The translations under genes and the position numbers were made by a program. Positions 12,173 to 24,552 of a stretch of 64,000 bases of DNA are shown piece by piece. The DNA is from Minutocellus sp. GHC0000111. Its lineage: Eukaryota. Below the pieces are notes generated by a model. It made no database searches, was not told the origin of the DNA, and worked only from the letters and a program-made list of their open reading frames with translations. Numbering within the stretch: position 1 is the stretch's first letter; every line of letters begins with the position of its first letter. The DNA lies in contig OZ361260.1 in the NCBI GenBank assembly GCA_977018835.1, forward strand, positions 868,001-932,000, read 5' to 3'.

Positions 12173-15100
12173 GAATCAGTATACCCTTTCGATTTTCCAG
12201 ATTACCGCTCAGCAAGTGATCGGCACCAACGGCGGCAGTATAACCGACCGTCTTGCACATGGCCGACATTTTGTCATCCCCGTAGAGCTGAAGGCTCGAA
12301 AGGTGTGTTTCCTTTCTACCGATGTCGAAGGTGGCCTCAATGTTGTGATGCATCAGCACCATGTCGCGCTCGTCGTCTTCAAATCGCAACTTGGCTTCAA
12401 GCTGGTCGCAGAACGATTGGGCTACGCTAAGTGGATCTGAAATGGCAGCGTCTCCTGTCATGTCCAGAAACTTGAGGCAGGCGGCGGCCTTGGATGCAAC
12501 GGCCTTGTCTCCGTCCGAGCACGAGATTAGGAAGCTCTTGAGGTCGGGAAATCCTTGCTGATCCTGGAGGACCGAAAGCGTCTCGCTCCAGGTTCGTGCA
12601 TCAACTTCGAGAATCCGTTGAAACGGAGGGTTCCACGAAAGATGGTCTCGGCGCCTTGGATACCATATTTATCGGCATAGATGAGAGAGTTACGATTGGG
12701 TAGAACCTCAAGGTGGAGCTGTGGCCAGGCTTCAAAGGATTGAGCGGAGGCCAGAAGATTGGCGCCCTCAACGCTCACAATGTCACTGTTCATCTTGTAC
12801 AGGGCATCATTTTGACTTGCCCTGAGCACTCCCATGGGACTCCAACTGAACTTGTACATGAGGGGATTGTTCGCAGCCTCCGGCGCAGGAAGACCGCCAC
12901 AGACACTTGAAAAGCCGATGATGGTACCGCCCCGGTCCTTGATGCCATCGATGATCTTCATTGCCGACATGTGATCCATTCCTATTCATGATGGTAAGGT
13001 GGGGGGTACCAGATAGAATTGATGGCAAGAATGTAAAATAAATTATCGACTGGTATGGTTGAAGCGAAAAAAAGTACAAAGGAAACCAATGCGAACTCAC
13101 CAGGATCAAGACCAACTTCGTTCAAAATGGAAATGTCAGCTTGCTCGCAGCTCTCTTGTAATTCACTAATCTCAGGACTGACGTAGGACGCAGTTACAAG
13201 ATTTGTTCGATTTGTGATGCATTCGTTTGCAACCAGGGGGTGCATTGGGGCCGGCAGTAACGAAACTACTACATCCGCATTCTTCACTAGTTTCGATAGA
13301 CCCGATATGTCAGAGCCTACATCTAGAGTGACTGGCGTTCCTCGGAGAGCTTCGCCGGCGACTGATTGAGCCTCGTTCTCCAGTTGGGATGCTACGACGA
13401 TATTGCGCCTTGTTGACCGTCCAAGGTATTCGGCGAGGCTAGCGGCAACTCGACCCGCCCCAAGAACAAGAACGGTCTCTTCCTTCTCCTTCTTAACGAT
13501 TGCCTTTCCTTTCTTTCTCCCCTTTTCGATAACAAGGTCGAATGTCTGCATCGAAGCTTCTGCCGCGACGATAAGATCCACCAAAGCCTTTACCTTCGAA
13601 TTCACCTTGTTCACGACGCCTTTGTCCTTTGCTGATACCCTAAGCAACACATCAGACTTCTCTGGCATCCCCTCGACTTTGCGCTTCACATTACACTCTT
13701 GAAACTCAAAGTGACAATCCTCGTGCTCCATGACATCCAGCACTTGGTTGATCAAGCCTGAATCGAACAAGTGTCCTTGAAGAGAAATCAACATATGAGG
13801 ATCGTGCGTATCAACGCCTCCCGCATGATCTCGCTTCTTCAAACACTCGGTGATATACTCGAATGCAGGAGTCAAGTAGCCCTGAGTGGCTATGCAAGCA
13901 TTGGCGAGCTCGGCCGGCATCCCTTCACCTACATCTTGTAGACTCTTGGCCTTGCTGGTGCCCTTGGCGACAATAAGACGTTCCATGAGCGGAATCAGAG
14001 CATCGCCAAAGTGTTTGCTGCTCTCCCTGGGAAGTTCGGTCGGTAGAATATCAACCCCCATGACTGCAACGCCATCGCCGGAGATGTCGTCGGACACCTC
14101 ACCCGTGATGGGGTCATACTCGAAGTATGGCTGCTCAACGGTAGTTGCCTTTTCAAGGAATTCTATGCATCCCTCCACGTCGCAGCTAATATCAGCAACC
14201 GCGAAGAGGCGGCGGTTACCCTTCTCGTAGAGCTCTCGCATCTGGTCCTTGGTAAGGAGGCGAGGGAATCGTTCATCCCAGTAGATACCGTTGACAATGA
14301 CATTGATATGAGGAGCAATCTCCTCAAAGAATGTGGACTCGTAGCACTGGGGACTCGTTAGGTAGTGTTCCTTGTTGAACTTGGCCTCGGGAGATGGGTT
14401 GGATTTCCGGCGGACAAGATCCTCTGCATTGAGCTGGATTCCGTACACCACCTTTTGTGGTCCCTTGAGTTTGCGGATTTCCGAAATCTCGTCTTTCGTG
14501 ATCATCTTGTGAGGTAGAAGCTTAAATATCTCGAGAGAGCCCTGGGTACCATTGCCCCGTCCTGTGTAGGCAAAGATGAGTGGTTCCAATCCCTCGGGAA
14601 GACCGCCAGAACGTTCCATCAGTTCACCGATACGGGCTATTCCTGCCTTGGCATCGTCTAAATTGTCGTACATGTACGCAGGGGGACAATTTAGAAAGGG
14701 AGTGGAGTAGCCACTGGCAAGCAATCGGCGACCAAGTGCTTGAAGTCCGTCAATCATACCGGCAATACCAGCATATTTGCCAAATGCCACCAGACGCCAC
14801 TTCTTGTTGTCGTCGAGCTCTTCGTTGATGCATTCGTAGTCAAAAAGCTGGATGTTCTTGTCTAGGATGGACTTCATCAGCGGCATTGAGGTTGGTTGGC
14901 CCTTGATTACTGCGAGTTACAGAAATAAATCGAATGCAGGGAAAAAATTGAATTAAAATCAAAAATATCCAAATACCAGAACTGCATGGTATATCTAGCT
15001 AGCTACTAGTCAGGTAGTTGTAGATAAGATATCGATAACGGTCGATTCACTGACCATGAGAAAAGAACATGTATGACTTGTCAGGAATGAGATGGTCCTC

Positions 15101-15540
15101 TTCGACCTGCTTGACTCCAAGGATGAGGTCGGCAGTAGACAAATCCTCTGAAATCGTCGCACCGGCTCTGCGGTACTCCTCATCCGAGAAGATTCTGAAG
15201 GAAGCTGCCTGAACTACGACATTGGACAGCAGATCGCGACTTCCACCGAATTTGGTCAGGAGCTGCTCCACGTGCGAGGGGCAGAGAGGTGTCCTGCGCT
15301 CCCACTTATCATAGGTCTCGCGGACGATGCCAATGGTCAGTCCATCATTGCTGGCGCCAGCAGAATTCTTTTCGGGCGACGTCCCAAAGTAGCGAGCAGT
15401 GCGAAGGGCATGTTGCACAGCTGGAATGGGTAGGCCTGAAGCCGCAATGGAAATAATCGAAGGAGCTCTATAAAAAAAAACGTTGGCCGAACCATGCGCC
15501 TTGCAGCGGTGGTAGCGGCCATGGTAGTTGTGGACATCAT
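12173..15540 (-). CDS. AASS: Bifunctional lysine-ketoglutarate reductase/saccharopine dehydrogenase (alpha-aminoadipic semialdehyde synthase); this copy appears damaged
   Basis: GIVRETYDKWERRTPL, FFSH|VIKGQ, VAFGKYAG, DISCD, VLVLGAGRV, NEVGLDPG|MDHM, CGGLPAPE, YKFSWSP. Introns ~14910-15054 and ~12982-13101. Frameshifts at A9 15472-15480 and at ~12595; C-terminus replaced by a MITE. Confidence 0.92.
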
Positions 15541-15985
15541 TTGAGAATTTCGTACGATTGTCAATCTCAATCAAGCGGAAGATATTGTAGGAGCGAAGGG
15601 CGCGGGAGATGACAAGAAGATGTTGTTTCGTTGCTTTTGCGAAAGTTCGAACGAATACGAGGCAAATAGAGATGAGAATTGGACGATCGGCTAATGGAAG
15701 GACCAGGGGAGAAGGACGGCAAAGATCGTTGGCTACGACGGCCTCGACTGCAATTTCGTCATGCTTTCTGCCTCTCGCTCGGCGCCGCCTTTCAGAACAA
15801 TTTTTTTTGCGCGTTCCGGATGAGAAAGCGTCAAGCCTTGCAACAGTCGAATAAGTCAATCTCCAAAATGAGGCTCGACCAAAGCACGCAAGCATGAATC
15901 TTTGCATAGCCCACCGGTATTTTCTTTTCTTCTCGCCGTTCTTCGGGAAGGCAGCAAACATACTGAGCTCTAGAGTAGACCAACC

Positions 15986-16921
15986 ATGGCGGCGATCGGC
16001 ACCAGAGCGGCATATTCTGCTCTCGTTCGCCAGGGATGTCTTATCCCCAGCCGTTTCGTCGGCGTTTCCTCCACGCCAGCAAAAACAGCACAACTCACCA
16101 GACACACAACATTGCGACACACATCAAAAACGTCCGCAACAAACTTCTGTGCGGCCCACCCGGAGGATCGTCTCAAGGCGGCAAGGAGGAAGGCGCGGGC
16201 TGATCTTGGTTTGCCGGATGATGGCGATGACAAAGATACCGCTGATGATCTTTCCACAGCAGCAGCACGAGATGTGTCCGTATCAGCGAAGGCCCATCCC
16301 GAGGACCGTCTCAAAGCGGCACGACGAAAAATGCTGGAAAGCATGGGGCTGACAGTCGATGGGGATGGCAATGTCGTTGAATCCCGGGCGAGTGCACCAA
16401 CTTTAACATCCGTCGGAAATTCCAATTGCAAGGATACCGATGAATCTGCTCCTCTGCCGATCTGCGCTCAAAACAACCACCCAGATTATCGGCTGAAAGT
16501 AGCAAGGGAGAGGATGTTGGCCAAGGTGAAGGGAGATGCTGGGGTCGGCACTGATATTACTGCTGCTGGTGGCTCGAGCCTTTTGCTGAAGCCGCCACGG
16601 ATCGACCTGGAAATGTCCCCCGATCGGAGGCTGCGTCTGGCCCGAACCGAACAGGCGGCAAAGCCAATCCAGACCTTCAAACCTATGAAAAGGAAAAAGA
16701 GACGTCTCAAGAAAGGCGCTCTCCTTTCGAGACTTACATGTAGCACGGAGCAGCCGCCCCTCCTGCGCAACGATGGGTATTCGTCTGGATCGGTAACTGC
16801 CATGAGATTGCGACAGGCAAGGCACGACGCCATTGAGCGTCTCTTGGTTTCTTCGTCGTCGGCTGATGCTTCCTTGTTGTCGTCGTCTGCATCGTCGAAA
16901 GAAAAAGACACAAGATCGTAG
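15986..16921 (+). CDS. Hypothetical protein with HPEDRLKAARRK-type repeats
   Basis: 311-aa ORF with 4-5 copies of (H)P(E/D).RL(K/R).AR; start codon uncertain. Confidence 0.55.
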   Translation: MAAIGTRAAYSALVRQGCLIPSRFVGVSSTPAKTAQLTRHTTLRHTSKTSATNFCAAHPEDRLKAARRKARADLGLPDDGDDKDTADDLSTAAARDVSVSAKAHPEDRLKAARRKMLESMGLTVDGDGNVVESRASAPTLTSVGNSNCKDTDESAPLPICAQNNHPDYRLKVARERMLAKVKGDAGVGTDITAAGGSSLLLKPPRIDLEMSPDRRLRLARTEQAAKPIQTFKPMKRKKRRLKKGALLSRLTCSTEQPPLLRNDGYSSGSVTAMRLRQARHDAIERLLVSSSSADASLLSSSASSKEKDTRS

Positions 16922-17130
16922 CGAGGTGGAATTCTTGTAGGAATTCCTACATGTAGCTTTTGTAATTAACACATTGTAGACCCAAGGATGATTCAATGCA
17001 ATCCACAAGCACAGTGCATGTATTATAGTACCGGTGCCGGTACCAGTACATGAAGGAACTTACCGGCGCCGCAGATCAAAGAAGAAAAGCACCAGGTATT
17101 TATTGCCTGCTGTTGTCCATTTTATATATA

Positions 17131-17859
17131 TGTTAGTCCCAAAATGCGCACTGTCCCAGTTCGCTAACTGGGATCCCAGTTTGCGAACTGAGATTCATTT
17201 ATCCCAGTTTGCGCACTGGGCCCCAGTTCCCAAACTAGGATCTCAGTTTGCGCACTGATACTACCAGAATGGAAACTGAGATAAACACGCCAATCCGAAT
17301 TTGGGAACCAGACGAGTTCGCGAACTGGAACAAAAATGAATACCAGTTTGGAAACTGGCATTCTCGGCAAGTGTCAGAATGGTAACTGCCGGTGTTGGCT
17401 CATGCACAATGATTATGTACTGGTAGATCTATCTACAATACAAGTTGCACTGTGCATCATATCTTGAATTTGCAAGCTACATGTACTGGTACAGTAGCAA
17501 CATGATGCCGGCATAGCACAGATGCATGTACAGTTCATGACTTATATTTGCCAGAAGCAGCTAGCTAGATATTATTATTTATTCACTATATGTATTTAGT
17601 ATCAGCTAATGCCAATTTATTGAGTATCAGCTCCGGCACTAATGTCGTCTGGACGTCTGGACCAGGTTTGGGCTGTGTTGCTTCACTATGAAAAAATGAA
17701 GCGAGGAGAAGCAAAGGCGATATCATCCATGCTAAATATTCATTATTTCTCGATTGATCCCAGTTTGCAAACTGAGATTGTGCCTATGATCCCAGTTTCC
17801 AAACTGGGATAAATAAATCCTAGTTTGCAACTGGGACAGTGCGCATTTTGGGACTAACG
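17131..17859 (+). mobile_element. Full-length MITE copy 2 (non-autonomous TIR element, ~730 bp)
   Basis: ~30-bp TIRs TGTTAGTCCCAAAATGCGCACTGTCCCAGTT ... AACTGGGACAGTGCGCATTTTGGGACTAAC(G); subterminal palindrome arrays; TA at both flanks; no coding capacity. Confidence 0.93.
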
Positions 17860-18193
17860 TACATATTGTAAAGTACAAAATGCCTAAAGATATACGAGCG
17901 AGCCGGCCATGCATTTCTGCCTCACAATGGTTAATACATGATGGTCGAGGGAACATGCGCCGTCCATCGCGCTCCTCTTTTGACCAAGTGATGACTAAAA
18001 CTGGAGAGGTGCTCTCCTCGACCCATTCCACCAAGAAGAGGAAGAAATCGCATTGGGCGGAGACTGTATGCCTGTGCTGAGCGAGGAGGCCTACAATTTT
18101 CACTGTTGGCCGCAACTGTTCCTTCTTGCTACCGTTCGATCATTCAAAGATAAACCTGCTCCTGCCTCCATCCTGACTGACTGATCCTTCAAT

Positions 18194-21100
18194 ATGATAC
18201 TCTTTCTTCCAAAGGAGTGGCGTTCCGGGCCGAGCCTTCGTCTTATTTCTTTGCTTCTGATATCGACCAAATTACTGGCGGTCGTTGGTGCGGAAGGTGA
18301 TGAAGTGACGACCGACTTTGTCCTTGCCCCCGATGAGGCCAGGCCCAACCAAAGTAATGTCGACATTACTCTTGATGAATTCCAAGGCCTGCTCTTCACT
18401 CACGTCAACAATGAAGTGAGCGAGGTAGATGACAAGACGGGTTCTATCAACCGCGCCGCTGGGGCGGACAGCATCTGGTCAGGGCTCGTCCAACACGGAT
18501 GGGACATGGCAGCATCAACAACTTCGAATGACGACGAAATTGTAGTCGACGGGGTCGGCGAGCGATCCAGCGCTCACACCGCGGCGGCAGAAGAAAGGCA
18601 ATCTTCGTTCCTGGTTTGCGTCAGGGGCAGTGATATGTCTGGCTACGAGCGCCTCCGGCCCGTCCTCGAAGGCTTTGGGGTGGACATATCGGCCACAATG
18701 GTGGTATCGAACTTGCCGGAGGAGACCTGCCGCTTCGTCACAACAGCTACCAGCAAGGCTCAGTCTCTGGCAGGTAAAGTAGTCGACGGCCTAACATTTG
18801 CAATCATCCCAATTTTCGACATGATAAAAATCTCCCTCGGAACGATCGACGAGGTATCCAACGAGAGATGGGCAATTCCTCCGTCTTTGAGCAACAACAA
18901 CCGAGCTCTGGCCGTCCTTTCCAATGGCACTCGGCAAGACGATGATAGCAATGACTGGGATCGTTCCATCATGGTCGGTCTTGCTCCTGGAGTCGGTGGC
19001 AAATCAGATCTCGAATGCGAAACTATTGCCGGTGCAATCATCGCCGATATCAAGGTGATGGCGGAAGAAGGTCTTTTACGTCGTCGTCGCCAGTTGCAGG
19101 GTTCATCGTCTACTACCTCCTCCGTCAATCTACGTGGTGGCACCAAGCAAACCCCAACTTCAGGTTTGTCCGTGAGCGATGCTTTCTCGGCAACTTCAGC
19201 CCGATTTGACAACCCAAATCGCCGCCATCTCCTTGATTCTACCTCTAATGTTTGGTCTCGCGCCCTCGAGCGCGGCCTTGAGTCTCACCACATGTGTGCC
19301 TCTATGTTCGACGACATCGACATTCGCCTGAGACATGGTAACAAGGGTTTTGAATACATCCTCAATCCCATGAATGCAATCACTGCTGACGACGAATCCT
19401 CCGCGTCCAATACCGACTGCGTCATCTCTTTCATCGCTGCCCTTTCAACACATCCTTATGTCGTCACTGTTGAATCCAACGGGGAAGTTACGTCTGACAG
19501 CAACACCAACGCTCAATGGATTACTCAAACGAGCGAGGAGGGCCATACTCCTTTCTTTGATGCTGGTATCACCGGAGAGGGAGAAATTGTTTCCGTCTCT
19601 GATAGCGGAGTCGATCTGCGTAGCTGCTGGTTCAAAGACGAGAGAGGCAACGGCGATATTTTCAATGGAGTGAGTATAAATGCAGCCAGAATGTTCTGTT
19701 GTTATTTTTCTCTCAACCTCTCCTTGATTTTTCTCACTATTAATCCTCCCTGATCACTTTCTTTGTCGTCGCTCTTTCGCACTCCTTCCCTCGCCATGAT
19801 TTTGCTTTCAGAACTGGGATTTCTCTCGACGCAAGGTTGTCAGCTACGACAACACCTACCGCGATGACATCGACCAGATTGGTGGTCATGGCTCTCACGT
19901 CGCTGGAACAATGATGGGTAACCGACCTGACGGTAAGGCAGATAAAGGCCAGGGTATTGCCCCCGATGCCAAGCTTCATGTTTTTGATATGAAACCTGGA
20001 AACGGAGGTATGAGCGATCCCGGTGCCAAGCGATTATTTGCTTCTATTTACAACAATGGTAATGGTGCCAAGGTCCACAATGGTAGCTGGGGACGTTCCG
20101 GTCGTCCCTACTCTAGCCATTGTCAAGATTGGGATGGCTCTCTATCTGGAGAATACGAAGATCTTCTCTACGTTGTATCGGCCGGTAACACTGGAGGTGG
20201 AGCGAGAACAGTCAAGAACCCTGCCGACTGTAAAAACACCTTTACGGTTGGATGCAGTCAGAGCATCGAAGAAGATTTGGACAGCAGAAACGACATGGGA
20301 TTGGGGTACATGACGTCTTGGTCTTCTCGTGGTCCCACTTACGATGGTCGAACGAAGCCTGACATCGTAGCTCCTGGTTATAACATTCATTCCGCCAATG
20401 GCAGCGTCGGGAAGGACACCTGTAGTACTCTTGATATGGCGGGGACAAGCATGTCCGCGCCTGTGGTGGCAGGTAATGCTGCTCTGGTGAGGCAGTACTT
20501 TCGTGACGGATTTTACCCCTGCGGAGTCAAGGGATGTGGAGAGAGTATCACGCCGAGCGGATCGCTCGTAAAGGCAGTTTTGGTGAATGGCGCACAGAAT
20601 CTCAAGGGCGTCCAGTTCGTTCCCGGTGGCTCTGTGCGAACCATTTCGGAATACGACAATACTCAGAATATGGGCGAAGTGAGATTGAATAGATCCATGC
20701 CGCTCCAGGGAGAGAACGATATCAACACATACATTGTCAACAACAAGGAGATTGCCGTGGGAGAGACCGACTTTGTTGACATTGAAATCAACACCAACGG
20801 TCGGTCAGTCAACGAAATCAGTGTTGCTTTGGTATGGTACGACCCACCGACGGCAGCATATTGTTCCAACTGCATTCGGAATAATCTGGATTTGAAGGTA
20901 GAAAAGACTAGCGGCGAATCGGTTCTGAGTACCTTCTATCCCAATGGACTATCGAGCCCAGATATCAAGAATACCGTCGAAAGAATTCGTTTGAGCGACG
21001 TCTCTCATGGTGATACCTATCGCATTTCGGTGAGGGCGGCCAATTTCGACGATGCCAGTCAAAAATATTCACTTGCCCTCACTGGAAGCTTTGAGCTTGC

Positions 21101-21884
21101 CGCCGATGTTCCAATCGAAACATCTGATCCAACGGCTTCGCCCACAGCCTTGCCGACGTCGAGTCCGAGCAAGTCACCGACGGCCTCACCGTCGTCGAGT
21201 CCGAGCAAGCTACCGACGCCTCTGCCTACAATTACATATTCATCAAATCCCTCGGCAAGACCAAGCAAATTACCCACCCCAAAGCCATCGTCCTTCCCAA
21301 CCCTGAGCCCCATTACCAGTACCGCAAGTCCTACGTCTTCACCCGAAAGCCAGGCACCCACTTCAAGGCTTACTCAAGTTTCAACAACACAGTTGACGCA
21401 GTCACCAACAAATACTGGTGTCGAGGCAAGAACCGAGAGTGCAGAGACAGGAGCCCCTACTTCTAGCCCATCTGTGGCGGCAACCCTGAGTCCAGTGACA
21501 ACTGCTCCGGCGACCAGTCCACCTACAAAGGTCCCGTCTTCATCTCCAGTGTCCAAGAGCCCGACTCTAAGCCCAAGCGATTCCCCGGCCACCAATCCAC
21601 CGACGAAGAGCCCATCTTCCTCTCCAGCAACCAACCCACCGACAAGAAGTCCCTCATCATCTCCAGTATCTCGTAGCCCAACTTCCAGCCCAACCATAAC
21701 ACCGGTTCAGTTGCCAGCCAATGGCGGTATAGAGACGAGGACCGAAGGTGGGGAGGCAGCAGGAGATAATGACGAAGACGCAGAGTACCATCAGTGGTGT
21801 CTACAAAATGAAAAGGAATGCAAGAAAGCAGAAAAGGAGAAACAGAAGCAAAAGGAGAAGGCCGAGAAGGAGGTGAATGATTGA
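18194..21884 (+). CDS. Secreted subtilisin-like serine protease (S8A) with C-terminal P/T/S-rich repeats
   Basis: Signal peptide; intron 19670-19811; catalytic triad VSDSG, HGSHVAGT, GTSMSAP; GRTKPDIVAPG; SPTxSP repeats at ~21120-21710. Confidence 0.92.
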
Positions 21885-22459
21885 ATCTCCCTTCTTACTA
21901 GATCTATGTCATAGCTAGACTCAACAGTGCCGCTATCATGCTGCACGAGGAACGTACATTGTACTCAAATTTCATTTTGTTGACTCATCGATGCTTATTT
22001 GTTTATCATTTCAATTCCATCAAATTTGCTTCTCCCCGCAATGATGCAAAACAAAAGGCTGCAAAGGCACAAAAGAGCGGCGGTAGCGGTCGGTAGTTTC
22101 TTCTTCATACGTACCGGTAGGCTAGAGTTCCCCTAGCACCGTAGGCCTCGTCTTATCAGAAGTGACAATGGATGGACCTGACCTCTTCACAAGGAAGGAA
22201 AAAAAATACATGTAAAGAGATGTAATTTTAGAGAATTGATTGCCGCCACAGTGTACAGATGCGCTGATGGGCATGAGTTATCCACCATTTTGCCTTAGCA
22301 ACAGTCTCATACCGGTAACGTTAGATCTAGATCTGCATCTATTTTGCTTGACTTGTTACCTGCAGGAGGTGGTGTTGGTTCCTGAGACTGACTCACTCGA
22401 CTCGATGACTCGACTCGGCCTCATAACCCATTGCAGCCGCCGTTCGTGTCGTTGGGCGC

Positions 22460-23899
22460 TTGCTTGATGTTGCTGTGACCGATATGCCAGCCGCCATGGT
22501 GCCCAGCAGTTCCACCGCCGTTCTTCCCGGATACGAGGCACAGATATCAGACGGTGGTGTCGAACACTCGGAGGCGAAACTTAGTACAGCTGCCGCTGCT
22601 CTTCGAGAACAGCTTCGTGAATGCTCGGCGGGAAAGTCTGTCGACATCTGTGAGAGACCCTGTCGTCGAGAGGACGAAACTCTGTCGTATCGATGCCGCG
22701 TAACATTTCAATTGCTCTGTAGTGGTGGTGACGGAGTTTGGGAGTACGCAATGCGGACCAACAAAAAAGCTGTCTCGATCAATTGTTCACGCTTTCCAAT
22801 TGCTACGCTTCGAATTCAAGTGGCAATGGATGAGCTCATGCATTTGTTCAACGATGATACAAACGAATGCGCCACCCTCCTCTCGGCTCGACCGGCCTCG
22901 ATTTCCTTTGCATCTTCTTGGGTGGATGACAAAGATCTCACAGTCACAATCAATTACACCGAGCAATTGCCAGCACTATCAACTGATGAGGAATCTAAAT
23001 GGTTGAGTGAAGCCGATGAAGTTCGAAGACAATGTAGGCTGACAAGTTTGACAGGCCGTTCTCGAAAACGCAAGCTAGTTTCGTATGACCAAAACAGCAA
23101 CGACGAGGGCAATATTGTGATTAGGGACTCAATCACTATTTGTTACGATGTTGCACATGGAAACAAAATCGATGTTCTTGTTGGAGATTGCCAACCTCCT
23201 CACGAAGGGGATATATGCATCAAATATGAAAAGCCGGAGGATGCATTTGCTCATCCAAATGGCAATGCAACGAAAATGGCATTAAGCTGGATCCTCACTC
23301 GCATGACCCTGATATCAAGTGAACTCCGCGACAACGACATTGGTCTCCTTGAGATGTACTGTGGTTGTGGCGCGCACACGGTGCCCATAGCAAAAGTTTG
23401 TTCGAACATTTCATTTATCTCTTGCGTCGAACTGGATGAAAGGCTAATTATGGCTTGTCAGAAAAACTTGCGACTGAACCGAATTGATGCCGAATTCAAA
23501 AGACCAGGCAAAGGGTTGGAAAAAGAAAGGAAATCATCCGAGCCCGTTGTTCAACTATTCCGTGGTGATGCAGGGGAGTGGGCAAAGAAGTCAAGGCACA
23601 AATTGAACAGCAGGAAGAAAACGGAAGAAGAGTGCAATAGTAACACCACATGGTATGGACAAGATTATACCATTCTGTTGGTGGATCCTCCAAGAGCTGG
23701 TCTTTCACCAGATGTATGCCGGATGGCAATTGAGGGCAGCTTCCAGCACATAATTTACATTTCTTGCGGAAAGGAGGCATTGCTGAGGGATCTTACAATA
23801 TTGAGTAGTGTGTTTGAGATTGCTGACTGCACGCTGATTGATTTATTTCCCCGAACAGATGCAGTGGAAAGTCTCGTGCATCTACGAAGACACAAATAG
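22460..23899 (+). CDS. tRNA (uracil-5)-methyltransferase, TrmA-like
   Basis: YRCRVTF, F.HPN, LLEMYCGCGAHT, VDPPRAG, IYISCG, DLFPRT..VE. Confidence 0.88.
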   Translation: MLDVAVTDMPAAMVPSSSTAVLPGYEAQISDGGVEHSEAKLSTAAAALREQLRECSAGKSVDICERPCRREDETLSYRCRVTFQLLCSGGDGVWEYAMRTNKKAVSINCSRFPIATLRIQVAMDELMHLFNDDTNECATLLSARPASISFASSWVDDKDLTVTINYTEQLPALSTDEESKWLSEADEVRRQCRLTSLTGRSRKRKLVSYDQNSNDEGNIVIRDSITICYDVAHGNKIDVLVGDCQPPHEGDICIKYEKPEDAFAHPNGNATKMALSWILTRMTLISSELRDNDIGLLEMYCGCGAHTVPIAKVCSNISFISCVELDERLIMACQKNLRLNRIDAEFKRPGKGLEKERKSSEPVVQLFRGDAGEWAKKSRHKLNSRKKTEEECNSNTTWYGQDYTILLVDPPRAGLSPDVCRMAIEGSFQHIIYISCGKEALLRDLTILSSVFEIADCTLIDLFPRTDAVESLVHLRRHK

Positions 23900-23956
23900 G
23901 CGCATAATACATATGTCAGCAATCGCAGTTATGTAGTTATTGCCGCACCACTCTTC

Positions 23957-24175
23957 TCATGAACGAGTGGACGACGATGTCCCGTCGTGATAATCAGTAG
24001 AATAATATTCGTTTTTTCCTCCGAACTTCGTGAGTGTTCCATCCGCAAGACGCAGTGTACCGACACAGCCGTCGCCGAAGGAGTCATTCAGCCATGTACC
24101 CTCCCACCGAGCACCGTCATCAAAGGTGCAGGTCCCAGACCCGTGCCTGATTCCCCTAATACATGTACCGGTAGC
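23957..24175 (-). CDS. Short MORN-repeat fragment
   Basis: GTCIRGIRHGSGTCTFDDGARWEGTWLND; no convincing upstream exon found. Confidence 0.4.
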   Translation of the reverse strand, partial: ATGTCIRGIRHGSGTCTFDDGARWEGTWLNDSFGDGCVGTLRLADGTLTKFGGKNEYYSTDYHDGTSSSTRS

Positions 24176-24552
24176 AATAATTTGTACATGTAAGATAGTA
24201 GACAACATGTTTTTTTAGACTTGGATAGAAGCGATGCATGGAGATCTGCCTATGCCTCTTCTACCAATTGGTACTAATACTCGTACATGTAGTACATGGT
24301 AGGCGAGGAGGAGCCACCACAGGCCAGCTGCTGGCGCTGGGCAGGCTGCGAGGGAAAGTAGACTCACTCGATCGACTTGCTTGCAGTGCGCCCGGACGCC
24401 TTCTCGCAAGTGATGGCATCCCTTGCTTCTCGATCTCGGCTCTCGGCTCTCGGCGTACGAGTATCCTGCAAGCTCAGTCAGCAGACCCTGCACAACCCAA
24501 GCACGAGCACAACGGCACCACTCTACATAAGGCAAAAAGTAGACATTTTCAC

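Noticed and set aside
15541..16120. Long N-terminal extension of the LKR ORF (15047-16120) overlapping the divergent gene
   Set aside because: A plausible mitochondrial-type start (MSTTTMAATTAARRMVR) lies at ~15540 in another frame, joined through the A9 homopolymer.
17131..17350. Palindromic repeat arrays (also at 11750 and 51100) as a CRISPR array
   Set aside because: No unique spacers of regular length, no cas genes, eukaryotic context, and the repeats lie inside TIR-bounded elements.
21120..21710. Tandem-like DNA repeats in the protease 3' end and acidic runs at 34480-35220
   Set aside because: Ordinary coding low-complexity sequence (P/T/S mucin-like and D/E/S tracts).
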